From assembly GCA_947629515.1 (NCBI GenBank), contig CANRDY010000001.1:24948-88947 (forward strand): a DNA stretch of 64,000 nucleotides, given 5' to 3'. Under the pieces are notes generated by a model. That model did no database searches and was not told the origin of the DNA. It was given only the letters and a program-made list of their open reading frames with translations. Positions 8,836 through 18,092 of this stretch are shown here, in pieces. The stretch comes from an uncultured Clostridia bacterium (GTDB lineage: Bacteria; Bacillota; Clostridia; Christensenellales; Borkfalkiaceae). Every line of letters begins with the position of its first letter. The first letter of the stretch is position 1. Position numbers and translations under genes: made by a program.

Positions 8836-9560
8836 GAATTCCAGACGGGCGCTTCTTTTTCGGAGAGGGTGTAACAGTTGAGGAGCGTGCCGTTGTCGAA
8901 AAGCGACACGTTTACCGAAGCAGAACCGTCGGTGTAGGCGAACGGCACGTTGGGCGCAACTTTTTCGCCCTCGGCGGCATAGACGTTAGTAAGCCCGTTT
9001 ATTATGCTCGAAAAGGTCGAGGTGTGCGCTATTTCAACGGTGTAAAGCCCGTCGTTTTCAATTATCGACGACACCTTTCCCTCGCACACGGGATAAACGC
9101 TGCACTTTGCCTGAAAGGTTATAACGCCGTTTTCGTCGAGCTGAACGTCGGCGTCGGAAAGATCGCTGACGACGGGCGAGAGCGTAAGCTGGTTGAACGA
9201 CGGCTCGCTTTCGGGCGCGGGCTTCGAGAGGGAAGCTATGAATGTGTTTATCGCGCTGTGGGGCATGAATACGTTGGTCAAAAAGATGGCGAGGGCAATG
9301 ACGCACACCGCCGCCATTTCACCTATCAGAACCATACTGCCCCTGTCACGCTTTGCGCCTACCGTGCGCACGGGCGGGTCGGATAGATCTTCCGCCGCAA
9401 CGAACGCGCCTACGCGCTCGTTCACGCTGTCGACCACTCTGTCTTTAAGGTCGTCGTGCGGTTTTTCCTGCGTTCTCTTTCTGAATAAACTCTTTTTCTT
9501 TGTGACCGTCACCGTGCTGACGGGTATTTCAAGCATTTCGGCATAGTCGAGTTCCTGCAT
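8832..9560 (-). CDS. SpoIVFA-like membrane protein with degenerate M23/LytM domain
   Basis: 242 aa with one TM helix. C-terminal CEGKVSSIIENDGLYTVEIAHTSTFSSIINGLTNVYAAEGEKV resembles a LytM fold lacking catalytic His residues. Position immediately upstream of the spoIVFB-like gene supports the call. Confidence 0.55.
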   Translation of the reverse strand: MQELDYAEMLEIPVSTVTVTKKKSLFRKRTQEKPHDDLKDRVVDSVNERVGAFVAAEDLSDPPVRTVGAKRDRGSMVLIGEMAAVCVIALAIFLTNVFMPHSAINTFIASLSKPAPESEPSFNQLTLSPVVSDLSDADVQLDENGVITFQAKCSVYPVCEGKVSSIIENDGLYTVEIAHTSTFSSIINGLTNVYAAEGEKVAPNVPFAYTDGSASVNVSLFDNGTLLNCYTLSEKEAPVWNS

Positions 9561-9643
9561 TTTGCGCCTCCCGCAATTTTTAGTCTAACTTAGTCTATGA
9601 GGGGCGGAGCGCAAATAGAACGCTTTTTTTGAACCTTTTTTTG

Positions 9644-10489
9644 TCAGCCCAAAAGACCGTAAAGGGCGTTTGAAAGACGGGCGAAATCCTCGGGCGAGAG
9701 GGTCTCGCCACGGGCTTTGGGGCAAACGCCGCAGTCCGAAAGCACTTCCGCCGCCTTTTCGCGCGAGAGGGGGAAGTTGTTTACAAGGTTGTTTTCGAGC
9801 GTCTTGCGGCGCGCCGCAAAGGCGGCGCGTACGACTTTTTTATAATATTCCGCGCTCTCCACGCAAAGCCGACCGCGTTCGGCGGTCAGCTTTACCACCG
9901 CGCTGTCGACGTTGGGGCGGGGGTAAAACAGCTCGCGCGGGACTTTTTTTATTATCTCCGCGCGCGCGTACAGCGCGAGCTGGGCGGTAATTGCCCCGTA
10001 CTCGGGCGTGTTCTCCCTTGCGCACAGCCGAAGGGCGACCTCTTCCTGAACCATTACGGTGAGGCTCTTCCACTTCTCCCCCTCTTCGGCAAGTTTTGCG
10101 ATGACGGGCGTGGTGACGTAATAAGGAAGGTTTGCCACAACGCTGTACTCCCCCGCCCGCCTTTCAAGTTCCTTTAAGTCAACGGAGAGGAAGTCCGAAA
10201 AGATCACCTCTGCGTTGGGGCAGTCGGCAAGGGTCCTTTCGAGCACGGGTTTAAGGCTTTTGTCGACCTCGAACGCCACGACCCTGCCCGACTTGCCAAC
10301 GGCTTTCGAAAGCTCCCTTGTGAGCGTGCCCGCCCCGCAGCCTATCTCTATCGCCGTTGCGCCCTCTTCCACGCCCGCCCCGCGGACTATCGAAGAAAGC
10401 AGGTTTTTATCTGTTATGAAGTTTTGTCCGAGCTTCTTTTTGAAGCCGAAGCCGCACTCGCGTAAAATGGCAAATACGTCGTTTTCCAT
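9644..10489 (-). CDS. rsmA: 16S rRNA (adenine1518/1519-N6)-dimethyltransferase
   Basis: KKKLGQNFITDKN, IEIGCGAGTLT SAM motif, NLPYYVTTP. Confidence 0.9.
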   Translation of the reverse strand: MENDVFAILRECGFGFKKKLGQNFITDKNLLSSIVRGAGVEEGATAIEIGCGAGTLTRELSKAVGKSGRVVAFEVDKSLKPVLERTLADCPNAEVIFSDFLSVDLKELERRAGEYSVVANLPYYVTTPVIAKLAEEGEKWKSLTVMVQEEVALRLCARENTPEYGAITAQLALYARAEIIKKVPRELFYPRPNVDSAVVKLTAERGRLCVESAEYYKKVVRAAFAARRKTLENNLVNNFPLSREKAAEVLSDCGVCPKARGETLSPEDFARLSNALYGLLG

Positions 10490-10544
10490 ATTTTAGCCGC
10501 CTTTTGGGGGGAATAGCGCGCCGCTCGCGGCGCAAACTCTTATT

Positions 10545-10645
10545 GCGCGGAAAAGTTCCGAAAGCGTTATACTTTAAGTAAAAGCGCGGAGTGTTTCCGA
10601 CAGCGTTTATTTTTAAGTTAAAGCGCGGAGTATTTTCCGAACGCC
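10545..10645 (+). repeat. 39-nt tandem repeat, 2.6 copies, between tatD stop and rsmA start
   Basis: GCGCGGAAAAGTTCCGAAAGCGTTATACTTTAAGTAAAA / GCGCGGAGTGTTTCCGACAGCGTTTATTTTTAAGTTAAA / GCGCGGAGTATTTTCCGAACGCC. Confidence 0.85.
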
Positions 10646-10752
10646 TCACCTATGATAAGAAAGCCCGCAACCTTTACGCGGGCTTAGCTTTTTTAATGGA
10701 TTTTTGCGAAAAATTCCGAAATTTTTAAATATACTTTGATATTTTTGAAGTT

Positions 10753-11529
10753 TTAGTTGAGTTTGAAAAACAGCGCGTGGGCGTTCTGCCAGATAGTTTG
10801 GGCGGTCTGCTCTTCGTCCTCGCCCCTTATTTCCGCCATGTTGCGCACTATCTCGGGTATGGAAAGCGGGGTGTTGGGGAACTTTCCATAGAGGGAAGCG
10901 GGGGCAAGGTAGGGACTGTCGGTCTCGCTCAAAAGCCGTTGTGCGGGCAAAGCCTTTATCGCCTTTTTCGCCCTCTTCGAACCGCTCCACGTGCTCGATC
11001 CGCCGAACGAAAAATACAGTCCCAAACGCGCGAACTGCTCCGCCATTTCAGCCGAATGGGAATAGCAGTGCATGAGCGCGCCGTGCTTCAATAAAGCGCG
11101 GTTTTTTGTGAGTAATTCAAGCATATCCTCGGCGCAATCGCGCGAGTGAATGACGACGGGCAAGCCCAGCCCGTCGGCAAGGGCGAGCTGTTTTTCGAAT
11201 ATCTCCCACTGCCTTTTTTTGTCTGTTTCGGGGTAGTGATAGTCCAGCCCGATCTCGCCTATGGCAACGCACTTTGGGTGGGCGGCAAGCCGTTCTGTCT
11301 CCTTTAATGCGCTCTCCGAAAAGCCCGCAAGCTCGGTGGGGTGAACGCCCGCCGTAAAATAACAGCCCCCGAACCGCTCGGAAAGGTCTTTTGAAAATTG
11401 GCTCGAAGCCAAATCGAACCCCGCGGAGATCACCTTTTCGACCCCCGCCTCTTTCATAGCCGCAAAGAGCGCGGAAAGTTCCCCGTAATATCCGCCGTCG
11501 AGGTGGCAGTGCACGTCGATATATTTCAC
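10753..11529 (-). CDS. tatD: TatD-family metal-dependent hydrolase
   Basis: MKYIDVHCHLD start and conserved His/Asp/Glu blocks (HPKCVAIGEIGLDY, VVIHSRD). Confidence 0.85.
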   Translation of the reverse strand: MKYIDVHCHLDGGYYGELSALFAAMKEAGVEKVISAGFDLASSQFSKDLSERFGGCYFTAGVHPTELAGFSESALKETERLAAHPKCVAIGEIGLDYHYPETDKKRQWEIFEKQLALADGLGLPVVIHSRDCAEDMLELLTKNRALLKHGALMHCYSHSAEMAEQFARLGLYFSFGGSSTWSGSKRAKKAIKALPAQRLLSETDSPYLAPASLYGKFPNTPLSIPEIVRNMAEIRGEDEEQTAQTIWQNAHALFFKLN

Positions 11530-13529
11530 GAAAGCAGGCTCCCGTTTGGAACGTCCTTTTCGGGGGAGACGACCGACAGCGTGCCGTCGGGCGATTGGGC
11601 GCAGATTATCATTCCCTCCGACACAATGCCCTTCATCTCGCGCGGGGGCAGGTTGCAGACGACGATAACGCGCTTTCCCACCATTTCTTCGGGGGTATAG
11701 TGCGCGGCTATGCCCGAGAGAACCGACAGCTTCCGCGCGCCTATGTCGATGGTTTCGTGCAGCAGTTTGCTCTTTTTAACGCCCTCGCACGCGACTACCG
11801 TTCCCACGCGCATTTCTATCTTTGCAAAGTCGTCGATGGTTATCTGTTCTTTTTTGTCCTCTTTATCCTCTGCCGCGGGGGCTGCTTCCGCCCTCTGAGC
11901 CTCTTCTATCTTCTCTATCACGGGTTTCAATTCCTCTTTGTTTATTCTTACAAACAGCGTTTCGGGGGTCTTTGTTACGGTGTAACTTTGGTTGAACGCG
12001 AAAGTTTCAAGGCTTTCAAGCCCGCGATCCTTCCCCCCGATCTCCGCCGATATCCTTTTTGAAGCCGTGGGCATGAAGGGCTTTAACATATTCCCGGCTA
12101 TATCTATCGCGCTCAGAAGGTTATAAAGCACTTCCGAAAGACGGGGTTTGTTTTCCTCGCTTCGGGCGAGTATCCACGGCGTTGTTTCGTCGATATATTT
12201 GTTGGCGCGGCGGAGCACCGTCATAACCGCGTCGAGCGCGTCGGACACCCTGTATTCGTCCATCGCCCTCTCTACTTCGCCTTTGAGCGCGGAGACAATT
12301 TCAATAAACCCGCCGTCGGCTTCGCCAATGGCTTTTGTGCGCGCCGCCGTTCCGCCCAAGTATTGGTTGGTCATCGACACCGTGCGCTTGACGAGGTTGC
12401 CGAGGGTGTTGGCAAGGTCGGAGTTGACCCTTTCGGCGATAAGCTCCCAGCTTACATAGCCGTCGTCGGCGTACGGCATTTCGTGGAGAAGGTAATATCT
12501 CAAAGCGTCCGTGCCGAAAACGCCCGCAAGGTCGTCGGCGTAGAGCACGTTGCCGCGGGACTTCGACATTTTTTCGCCCTCTTTAAGCAGCCAGCCGTGA
12601 CCGAAAACGCACTTGGGGAGAGGTTCGCCCAACGCCATTAAAAATATGGGCCAATATATGGTATGAAAGCGCATTATGTCTTTGCCAATGACGTGCACGT
12701 CGGCGGGCCAGAGCTCTTTGTACTTTTGCGAACTGCCCTCGGGCGAGTAGCCGACGCCCGTTATATAGTTGGTGAGCGCGTCGAGCCACACGTAGACTAC
12801 GTGCTTGTTGTCGAAATCGACGGGTATGCCCCATGTAAAGGTCGAACGCGACACGCAGAGGTCCTGCAACTTCGTCTTTAACGTTCCCTCTTCAACGGCT
12901 TTTATAAGCTCCTCGTCCGATTTTCCGATGTACTCGTCGGCAAGCAGAAAGTTGTTTAACATCTCTCTTTGGCGCGAGGCGGGCTGTATGAACCCGCGGT
13001 GGGTGAGAATGTGCTCTACAAGGCGGGGGGCGTATTTGCCCATTTTGAAGAAATACGCCTCTTCGCGGGCGGGCTTCACCTCTCTTCCGCAGTCGGGGCA
13101 ACGACCGTTGACGAGCTGATTTTCAGACCAGAAGCTCTCGCACGGGGTGCAGTAAAGTCCCTCGTAAGAACCCTTGTATATGTCGCCCCGTTCATAAAAC
13201 TTTTTGAATATCGCCTGAACGGAAGCAACGTGGTCGGCGTCGGTCGTGCGCATGAACTTATCCGCCGAGATATCCGTGACGGCGTTTAAGTTCTTCAAAA
13301 CCTCGACTACCCCGTCGACGTACTCCTTGGGGCTTTTGCCCGCGGCTTGCGCCTTTTGCTCGATTTTAAGCCCGTGCTCGTCGCTTCCCGTCATAAAGAA
13401 TACGTCGTAGCCCTGCATGCGCTTGAACCGCGCGATGGCGTCGGACAGCACGATCTCGTACGTGTTGCCTATGTGAGGTTTGCCCGAGGCGTAGGTTATG
13501 GCGGTGGTGATGTAGAATTTACGCGACAT
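11526..13529 (-). CDS. metG: methionine--tRNA ligase with C-terminal tRNA-binding (EMAP-like) domain
   Basis: 667 aa. ITTAITYASGKPHIGN (HIGH), KMSKSRGN (KMSKS), zinc knuckle CPDCG. Confidence 0.95.
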   Translation of the reverse strand: MSRKFYITTAITYASGKPHIGNTYEIVLSDAIARFKRMQGYDVFFMTGSDEHGLKIEQKAQAAGKSPKEYVDGVVEVLKNLNAVTDISADKFMRTTDADHVASVQAIFKKFYERGDIYKGSYEGLYCTPCESFWSENQLVNGRCPDCGREVKPAREEAYFFKMGKYAPRLVEHILTHRGFIQPASRQREMLNNFLLADEYIGKSDEELIKAVEEGTLKTKLQDLCVSRSTFTWGIPVDFDNKHVVYVWLDALTNYITGVGYSPEGSSQKYKELWPADVHVIGKDIMRFHTIYWPIFLMALGEPLPKCVFGHGWLLKEGEKMSKSRGNVLYADDLAGVFGTDALRYYLLHEMPYADDGYVSWELIAERVNSDLANTLGNLVKRTVSMTNQYLGGTAARTKAIGEADGGFIEIVSALKGEVERAMDEYRVSDALDAVMTVLRRANKYIDETTPWILARSEENKPRLSEVLYNLLSAIDIAGNMLKPFMPTASKRISAEIGGKDRGLESLETFAFNQSYTVTKTPETLFVRINKEELKPVIEKIEEAQRAEAAPAAEDKEDKKEQITIDDFAKIEMRVGTVVACEGVKKSKLLHETIDIGARKLSVLSGIAAHYTPEEMVGKRVIVVCNLPPREMKGIVSEGMIICAQSPDGTLSVVSPEKDVPNGSLLS

Positions 13530-13645
13530 TTTTAAAAACTCCTGCTCCTTGCATAAGGTTTACAGCAAGAGTATACCACCTTTTGCGTTAGTTGTAAAAC
13601 GCTTAAAGGCGAATATAACAAATTTTGCGCTCATAAACATAGTTT

Positions 13646-14242
13646 ATGAATTTTATTTTTACCGCCGTTTTAATGCTCTCCATTGCAATGCTCGCCGTTG
13701 TATCGCCCGAGAGCGCGCTTTCGTCTATGCTTGCGGGGGCGGAGCGGACGCTTGCGGTGTGCGCCTCGCTGTTCGCAATTTACGCGGTGTGGTGCGGGCT
13801 TTCGAGAGTTGCCGAAAAGAGCGGGCTTTCGGCGGGAATGGCTAAGGCGTTGATGCCGCTTACGGGCAAAATATTTGCCTCGCAAAATAAAAACGCCCTC
13901 GAATATACCTCGATGAACCTTGCGTGCAACCTGTTGGGGCTGGGGGGAGCTTCCACCCCCTACGCCGTAAAAGCCGTGCGCGCCTTCGAAGAGGACGGCA
14001 ACTTTTTTGCGCAGTCGCTGCTGTTTGTTATAAACGCAACTTCGGTGCAGATAGTGCCCGCGACCGTCATCGCGCTGAGGGCGGGCGCGGGCAGCGCAAG
14101 CCCCTCCGACATATTCCTCCCCTCGCTCGTGTGTACGGTCTTTTCGACCGCGTTCGCCGTGGGGCTTTTTATTGTGTGGACAAAGCTCAAAAAGTTCAAA
14201 GGGCGCAAAAGGTTCAAAAAATCAAAAGGGCAAAACGGGTGA
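13646..14242 (+). CDS. spmA: spore maturation protein A (nucleoside-recognition/Gate domain)
   Basis: 198-aa membrane protein. N-terminus and AERTLAVCASLFAIYAVWCGL block are typical of SpmA. Followed by spmB. Confidence 0.8.
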   Translation: MNFIFTAVLMLSIAMLAVVSPESALSSMLAGAERTLAVCASLFAIYAVWCGLSRVAEKSGLSAGMAKALMPLTGKIFASQNKNALEYTSMNLACNLLGLGGASTPYAVKAVRAFEEDGNFFAQSLLFVINATSVQIVPATVIALRAGAGSASPSDIFLPSLVCTVFSTAFAVGLFIVWTKLKKFKGRKRFKKSKGQNG

Positions 14243-14287
14243 AAAGGGCGGCGAAAAGGGTGAAGTTAAAAATTTTAAGGTGAGCAA

Positions 14288-14791
14288 ATGGGCGTTATAA
14301 TTCCGCTGATATTTTTGGGGGTAATGGGGTACGCGCTCTTTAAGCGGGTGAAAATTTACGACGAATTTACGGCGGGCGTGGGCGAGGGGGCGAGGTTCAC
14401 GCTCTCGGTCCTGCCCTGCCTTGCGGCGGTGTTTATGATGTGCGAGCTGTTCGAAGCCTCGGGGCTTTCGGCCATGCTCGAAAAAACGCTCGCTCCCGTG
14501 TTCTCGGCGTTCGGCATACCAAAAGAGCTTACAAAGCTGACACTTATGAAGCCCTTTTCGGGAAGCGGATCGCTTGCGCTTCTTACGGAAATCATAAAAA
14601 AATACGGCGCGGACAGCTATATCGCGCGGTGCGCTTCGGTGTGCTTCGGTTCGTCCGAGACGGCGTTCTATATCTCCGCCGTGTACTTTGCGGGTCTTAA
14701 AAAAAAGCGGCTGGCGATTCCGCTTATAATTGTGCTTTTTTCGGGGTTTTTGGCGACCGTGTTGGGCTGTCAACTATGCAAATTTATGTAA
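14288..14791 (+). CDS. spmB: spore maturation protein B
   Basis: 167 aa. KPFSGSGSLALL and GSSETAFYISAVYF motifs of SpmB. Paired with spmA. Confidence 0.8.
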   Translation: MGVIIPLIFLGVMGYALFKRVKIYDEFTAGVGEGARFTLSVLPCLAAVFMMCELFEASGLSAMLEKTLAPVFSAFGIPKELTKLTLMKPFSGSGSLALLTEIIKKYGADSYIARCASVCFGSSETAFYISAVYFAGLKKKRLAIPLIIVLFSGFLATVLGCQLCKFM

Positions 14792-15004
14792 ACGTGTTGA
14801 AAAATAACAAAATTTGTTGACGAAAACTAAATTCAAAATGTTACAAAAATTTTTTAATAATCGTTTTACATTTGGTTCGGGGGAATTTATAATTATTAAT
14901 GTAAACAGCAATTATAAATTTGCTCACTCATCATTTTTCCCCCTTATCATATAGAGGCGGCGCAAACTCCGGTTTGCGTCGTTTCTGCGTTTAAAGGCAG
15001 GGCG

Positions 15005-15156
15005 GCGGGGGCGCGTTTGCGCCCCCGCGGCAAGCGTTCCGCTTGAGCGGCGTGTCGCAAGCGTTTCGCTTGATCAAGTGTCTTAACAGCGTGAAAGTAA
15101 AACAGCGGAAAGGCTGTTCAACGGGAAGCGGCGGGCGGCATTTTGCCGCCCCCGCG
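15005..15156 (+). repeat. repeat modules I, B (with internal duplication), I
   Basis: GCGGGGGCGC/GCGCCCCCGC hairpin. CAAGCGTTCCGCTTGAGCGGCGTGTCGCAAGCGTTTCGCTTGATCAAGTGTCTTAACAGCG...GGCTGTTCAAC. GCGGCGGGCGGCATTTTGCCGCCCCCGC. Confidence 0.85.
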
Positions 15157-15264
15157 GTGAAATTTTTTTGCTTGCGCAAAAAAGTGAAATTCGCACTGCG
15201 TGCGAGTGAAATTTGCGGCGTTCCGCCGCAAGTGAAATTTTTTACCTACGGTAAAAAGTTATGG
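15157..15264 (+). repeat. A array: 4 x (GTGAAAT + perfect hairpin), closed by GTTATGG
   Basis: GTGAAAT TTTTTTGCttgcGCAAAAAA GTGAAAT TCGCACtgcGTGCGA GTGAAAT TTGCGGCGttcCGCCGCAA GTGAAAT TTTTTACCtacGGTAAAAA GTTATGG. Confidence 0.9.
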
Positions 15265-15862
15265 TAAACGTTTCTTTTAATCAAGTATCTTAACGGCGGA
15301 GAAATAAGCGAGCGTTTAGGCTGTTCAACTTGAACAACCCCCACCTTTAATTCCTCCCCCTTGTAATTTCTACGTCCTCATTCCCTCCCCTTTTTCAAGG
15401 GAGAGGGTAGGGTAGGGGTAGCGTGAGCACGCGGGGAGCAAAGAACAAACGGCTTTTGGTTCGCGTTTCAAAGTGCAAGCACAGACCACGGGGGGATTCT
15501 CTCACTCAATCCCGCGCCTACGGCGCGTGTCATATCCCTCGAAATGACAGTGCCTTATGTTGCTCCGATATTATTTAAAATTGCTCCCCCCTCTTAAATT
15601 CTCCCCCCTCGCAAGCGAAGGGGGAGGGTTGGGTATGGGGAAGTGCGCGAAGGAGCGCGAATATTTTTTCCTTATTCCCTCCCCCTTGGTAAGGGGGAGG
15701 AATTGAAGGTGGGGGTTGCAATTACGAAGTAAAAAAGTCCGAAGAAGCAAGCAAGACAAGGCGAACGAGCGACGACCGCAGCGAGTGTACAATGAAGTAC
15801 ACGAACAAGGCGGAGCGACGTTCAACACAGTATTGCGTAGCTTATTCGGGCTTTGCGGGAGC
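15265..15862 (+). repeat. composite repeat: degenerate B, E, C (15460-15580), E, E, F; right end abuts desulfurase stop codon
   Basis: Module sequences match copies at 56868-56955, 30611-30805, 1236-1291 and 63222-63375. Confidence 0.9.
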
Positions 15863-15863
15863 G

Positions 15864-17057
15864 TTAACCTCTGGCTTTTTTAACCGCCGCCTCCAACACC
15901 CCCAAAGCGTACTCAACATCTTGCTCCGTGTTCTGCACGCCGAACGAAAAGCGAACGGCGGAACGGGCGCGCTCTTCCCCCGCCATACCGCGTATCACGC
16001 GCGAGGGCACGGTCGCGCCCGCGGAACACGCCGAACCCGTCGAGGCGCAAACGCCGTTCAGATCGAGGTTGAAAAGCACGTTCGCACCCGCGCAACCCTC
16101 GAACGAAAGATTTACTATCCCGCCCGAAAGAACGTTACGTGCGCCGTTGAGCCGCGCGCCCCCGATTTTAAGCGCGCCGTTCAAAAATTCTTCGCAAAGC
16201 GTCCGAACCCGCGCGTAGCCCGCTCTGTCGGAAACGGCGAGCGAAAGCGACTTTGCAAGCCCCACCGACCCCGCAACGTTGACGGTGCCGCCCCGAAGCC
16301 CCCGCTCCTGCGTGCCGCCGCACACCAGCGGGGCGAGCCGCTCGCCCTTTTTTATATACATCGCCGCAACGCCCTTAGGTCCGCCGAACTTGTGCGCGGA
16401 AACGGCAAATGCAGAGCACTCACCCACGGGAAACTTCCCGAGGTGCACGCCCTGCACAAAATCGCAGTAGTAAAAAATCCCGCGGTTGCGGCAAATTTCG
16501 CCTATTTCGCCGTATTTTTGAAGCACGCCCGTCTCGTTGTTGACCGCCATCACGGCACAGAAAAACGTGTCGGGACGGATCGCCCGCAGCACTTCTTCGG
16601 GGGGAACCACGCCGTCGGACGACGGCTCGATAAAGGTAACGTCCACCCCCGCTTCCCGCATTTCAAGCGCGCTTTCGTATACGCACGGGTGCTCGACGGC
16701 GGACACTATAATGTGCCCTCTGCCGCCTTTGTCGCCGGCGTTTACGGCTTGTGCGTTTACGGCGCGAGGGGGAAAGTTACCTGCCGTAACTCCCATTTTT
16801 TTGAAGTGGTTTATGCACGCGCCCTTAACGGCGAGGTTGCCCGCCTCGGTTCCGCCCGAAAGAAAATATACCTCGCCCGACTCACAGCCGAAAACCGAGG
16901 CGACTTCATCGCGCGCAGAAAGCAGAGCCTCTGCCGCCGCTCTGCCCGCCGCGTGGCTCGACTGCGAGTTGCCGAACTCGCTCAAAAAATACGGGGTCAT
17001 CGCCTCGAACACCTCTTTTTTTACGGGCGTCGAGGCGGCGTTGTCAAGATAAATCAT
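15864..17057 (-). CDS. cysteine desulfurase (class V aminotransferase, NifS/IscS type)
   Basis: MIYLDNAASTP start, SAHKFGGPKG PLP-lysine motif, GSACSAG active-site Cys loop. Confidence 0.85.
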   Translation of the reverse strand: MIYLDNAASTPVKKEVFEAMTPYFLSEFGNSQSSHAAGRAAAEALLSARDEVASVFGCESGEVYFLSGGTEAGNLAVKGACINHFKKMGVTAGNFPPRAVNAQAVNAGDKGGRGHIIVSAVEHPCVYESALEMREAGVDVTFIEPSSDGVVPPEEVLRAIRPDTFFCAVMAVNNETGVLQKYGEIGEICRNRGIFYYCDFVQGVHLGKFPVGECSAFAVSAHKFGGPKGVAAMYIKKGERLAPLVCGGTQERGLRGGTVNVAGSVGLAKSLSLAVSDRAGYARVRTLCEEFLNGALKIGGARLNGARNVLSGGIVNLSFEGCAGANVLFNLDLNGVCASTGSACSAGATVPSRVIRGMAGEERARSAVRFSFGVQNTEQDVEYALGVLEAAVKKARG

Positions 17058-17144
17058 ATTTTTGTCTGTTTAACTCCCCGCGTTGTGCGTTATAACGCGC
17101 GGGGTTTTTTATTGAAAATTTAAATATATATTGATATTTTTAGG

Positions 17145-18047
17145 TCAGACTTCGCGGAAAGAAGCGAGCAGAGCCTTTATGGCGAGCATGCGCCCTTCGT
17201 TCTCCTCGAACTCCCTGCCGAGCGCGGTGGATGAGTTCTTTTCGTTGAGCGAACAGTTGCGGCGGGCTTCCCACATTTTACGCGAGAAAATGAGTTCGAC
17301 GACAAAGTTGACGGCGGCGAGCGCGGCGAACACTATGGTCAAAATGAGGAATTTGCCCGTCTGCTCGGTGAAGATGAACAGCCCCATCGATATGGCGAGC
17401 GCGACGAACGCGACGAGGGGCACGAGGGCTATCGAAAACACGAGCGTGGCGCGCTTGCTGCGCTCGGCGAACACGTCGCGGCGTTCGGCTTTTTTGCGCT
17501 CGTTCTCGACCCTGAGTTCTGCCGTGCGTTCGGCTACGGCGCAGTACTCCGCGTATAGGGGTTCTGACATGGCGGCAAGGGTTGCCTTTTGCTCTTCGGT
17601 GCAATATTTTGCGACATTTTCCGAAAGTGCGTCGTCTATCCTCTCGCGGTTGAACTCGGTGAGGTTGCGGGTGAGCGCGATGACTTCGAGCATATACGCC
17701 TCGCCGCAGGTCTCGTCCGCCTGCGCGGCAAGGGCAAGGCTGTTCAACGCCTCTTCGAAGTTCTCGCTCTCTATCGAGGCGCGCGCCTTTTGCAGAAGCG
17801 ACGCGATCGCCTCTTTGCGCCTTTGTTCTTCCTCGGCTTTCGCCTTTTCGCGGGCGGCAAGCTGTTCGGGGGTCATAACGGCGGCGTCCTCGTCGTCGGT
17901 CTCGAACTCGGGGACTTCGAACGAAATGCTCTCTTCCTCTTCGTCGGGGTTCTCGATATACAGCTCGTCCTCGCCGTTTTCGTTCTTGCGAATTTTGTAT
18001 TTTTTACCCTTGTTTATATCGTCGTCGATAAGTCTTTCTTCCGCCAT
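17145..18047 (-). CDS. hypothetical protein (acidic N-terminus, coiled coil, two C-terminal TM helices)
   Basis: 300-aa ORF with AAAGGAG SD. No family recognised. Confidence 0.55.
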   Translation of the reverse strand: MAEERLIDDDINKGKKYKIRKNENGEDELYIENPDEEEESISFEVPEFETDDEDAAVMTPEQLAAREKAKAEEEQRRKEAIASLLQKARASIESENFEEALNSLALAAQADETCGEAYMLEVIALTRNLTEFNRERIDDALSENVAKYCTEEQKATLAAMSEPLYAEYCAVAERTAELRVENERKKAERRDVFAERSKRATLVFSIALVPLVAFVALAISMGLFIFTEQTGKFLILTIVFAALAAVNFVVELIFSRKMWEARRNCSLNEKNSSTALGREFEENEGRMLAIKALLASFREV

Positions 18048-18092
18048 ACGGCTGCTCCTTTACCCAAAAATTTAAATATATATTGATATTTT

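Noticed and set aside
13530-13645. T-box leaders upstream of the aminoacyl-tRNA synthetase genes: metG (13530-13645), alaS (38432-38604), cysE-cysS (40766-40966) and gltX (47680-47843)
   Set aside because: The spacers are short (116-200 nt), and I could not find the conserved T-box sequence (AAnnnGGGTGGTACCGCG) or a specifier-loop architecture on the minus strand.
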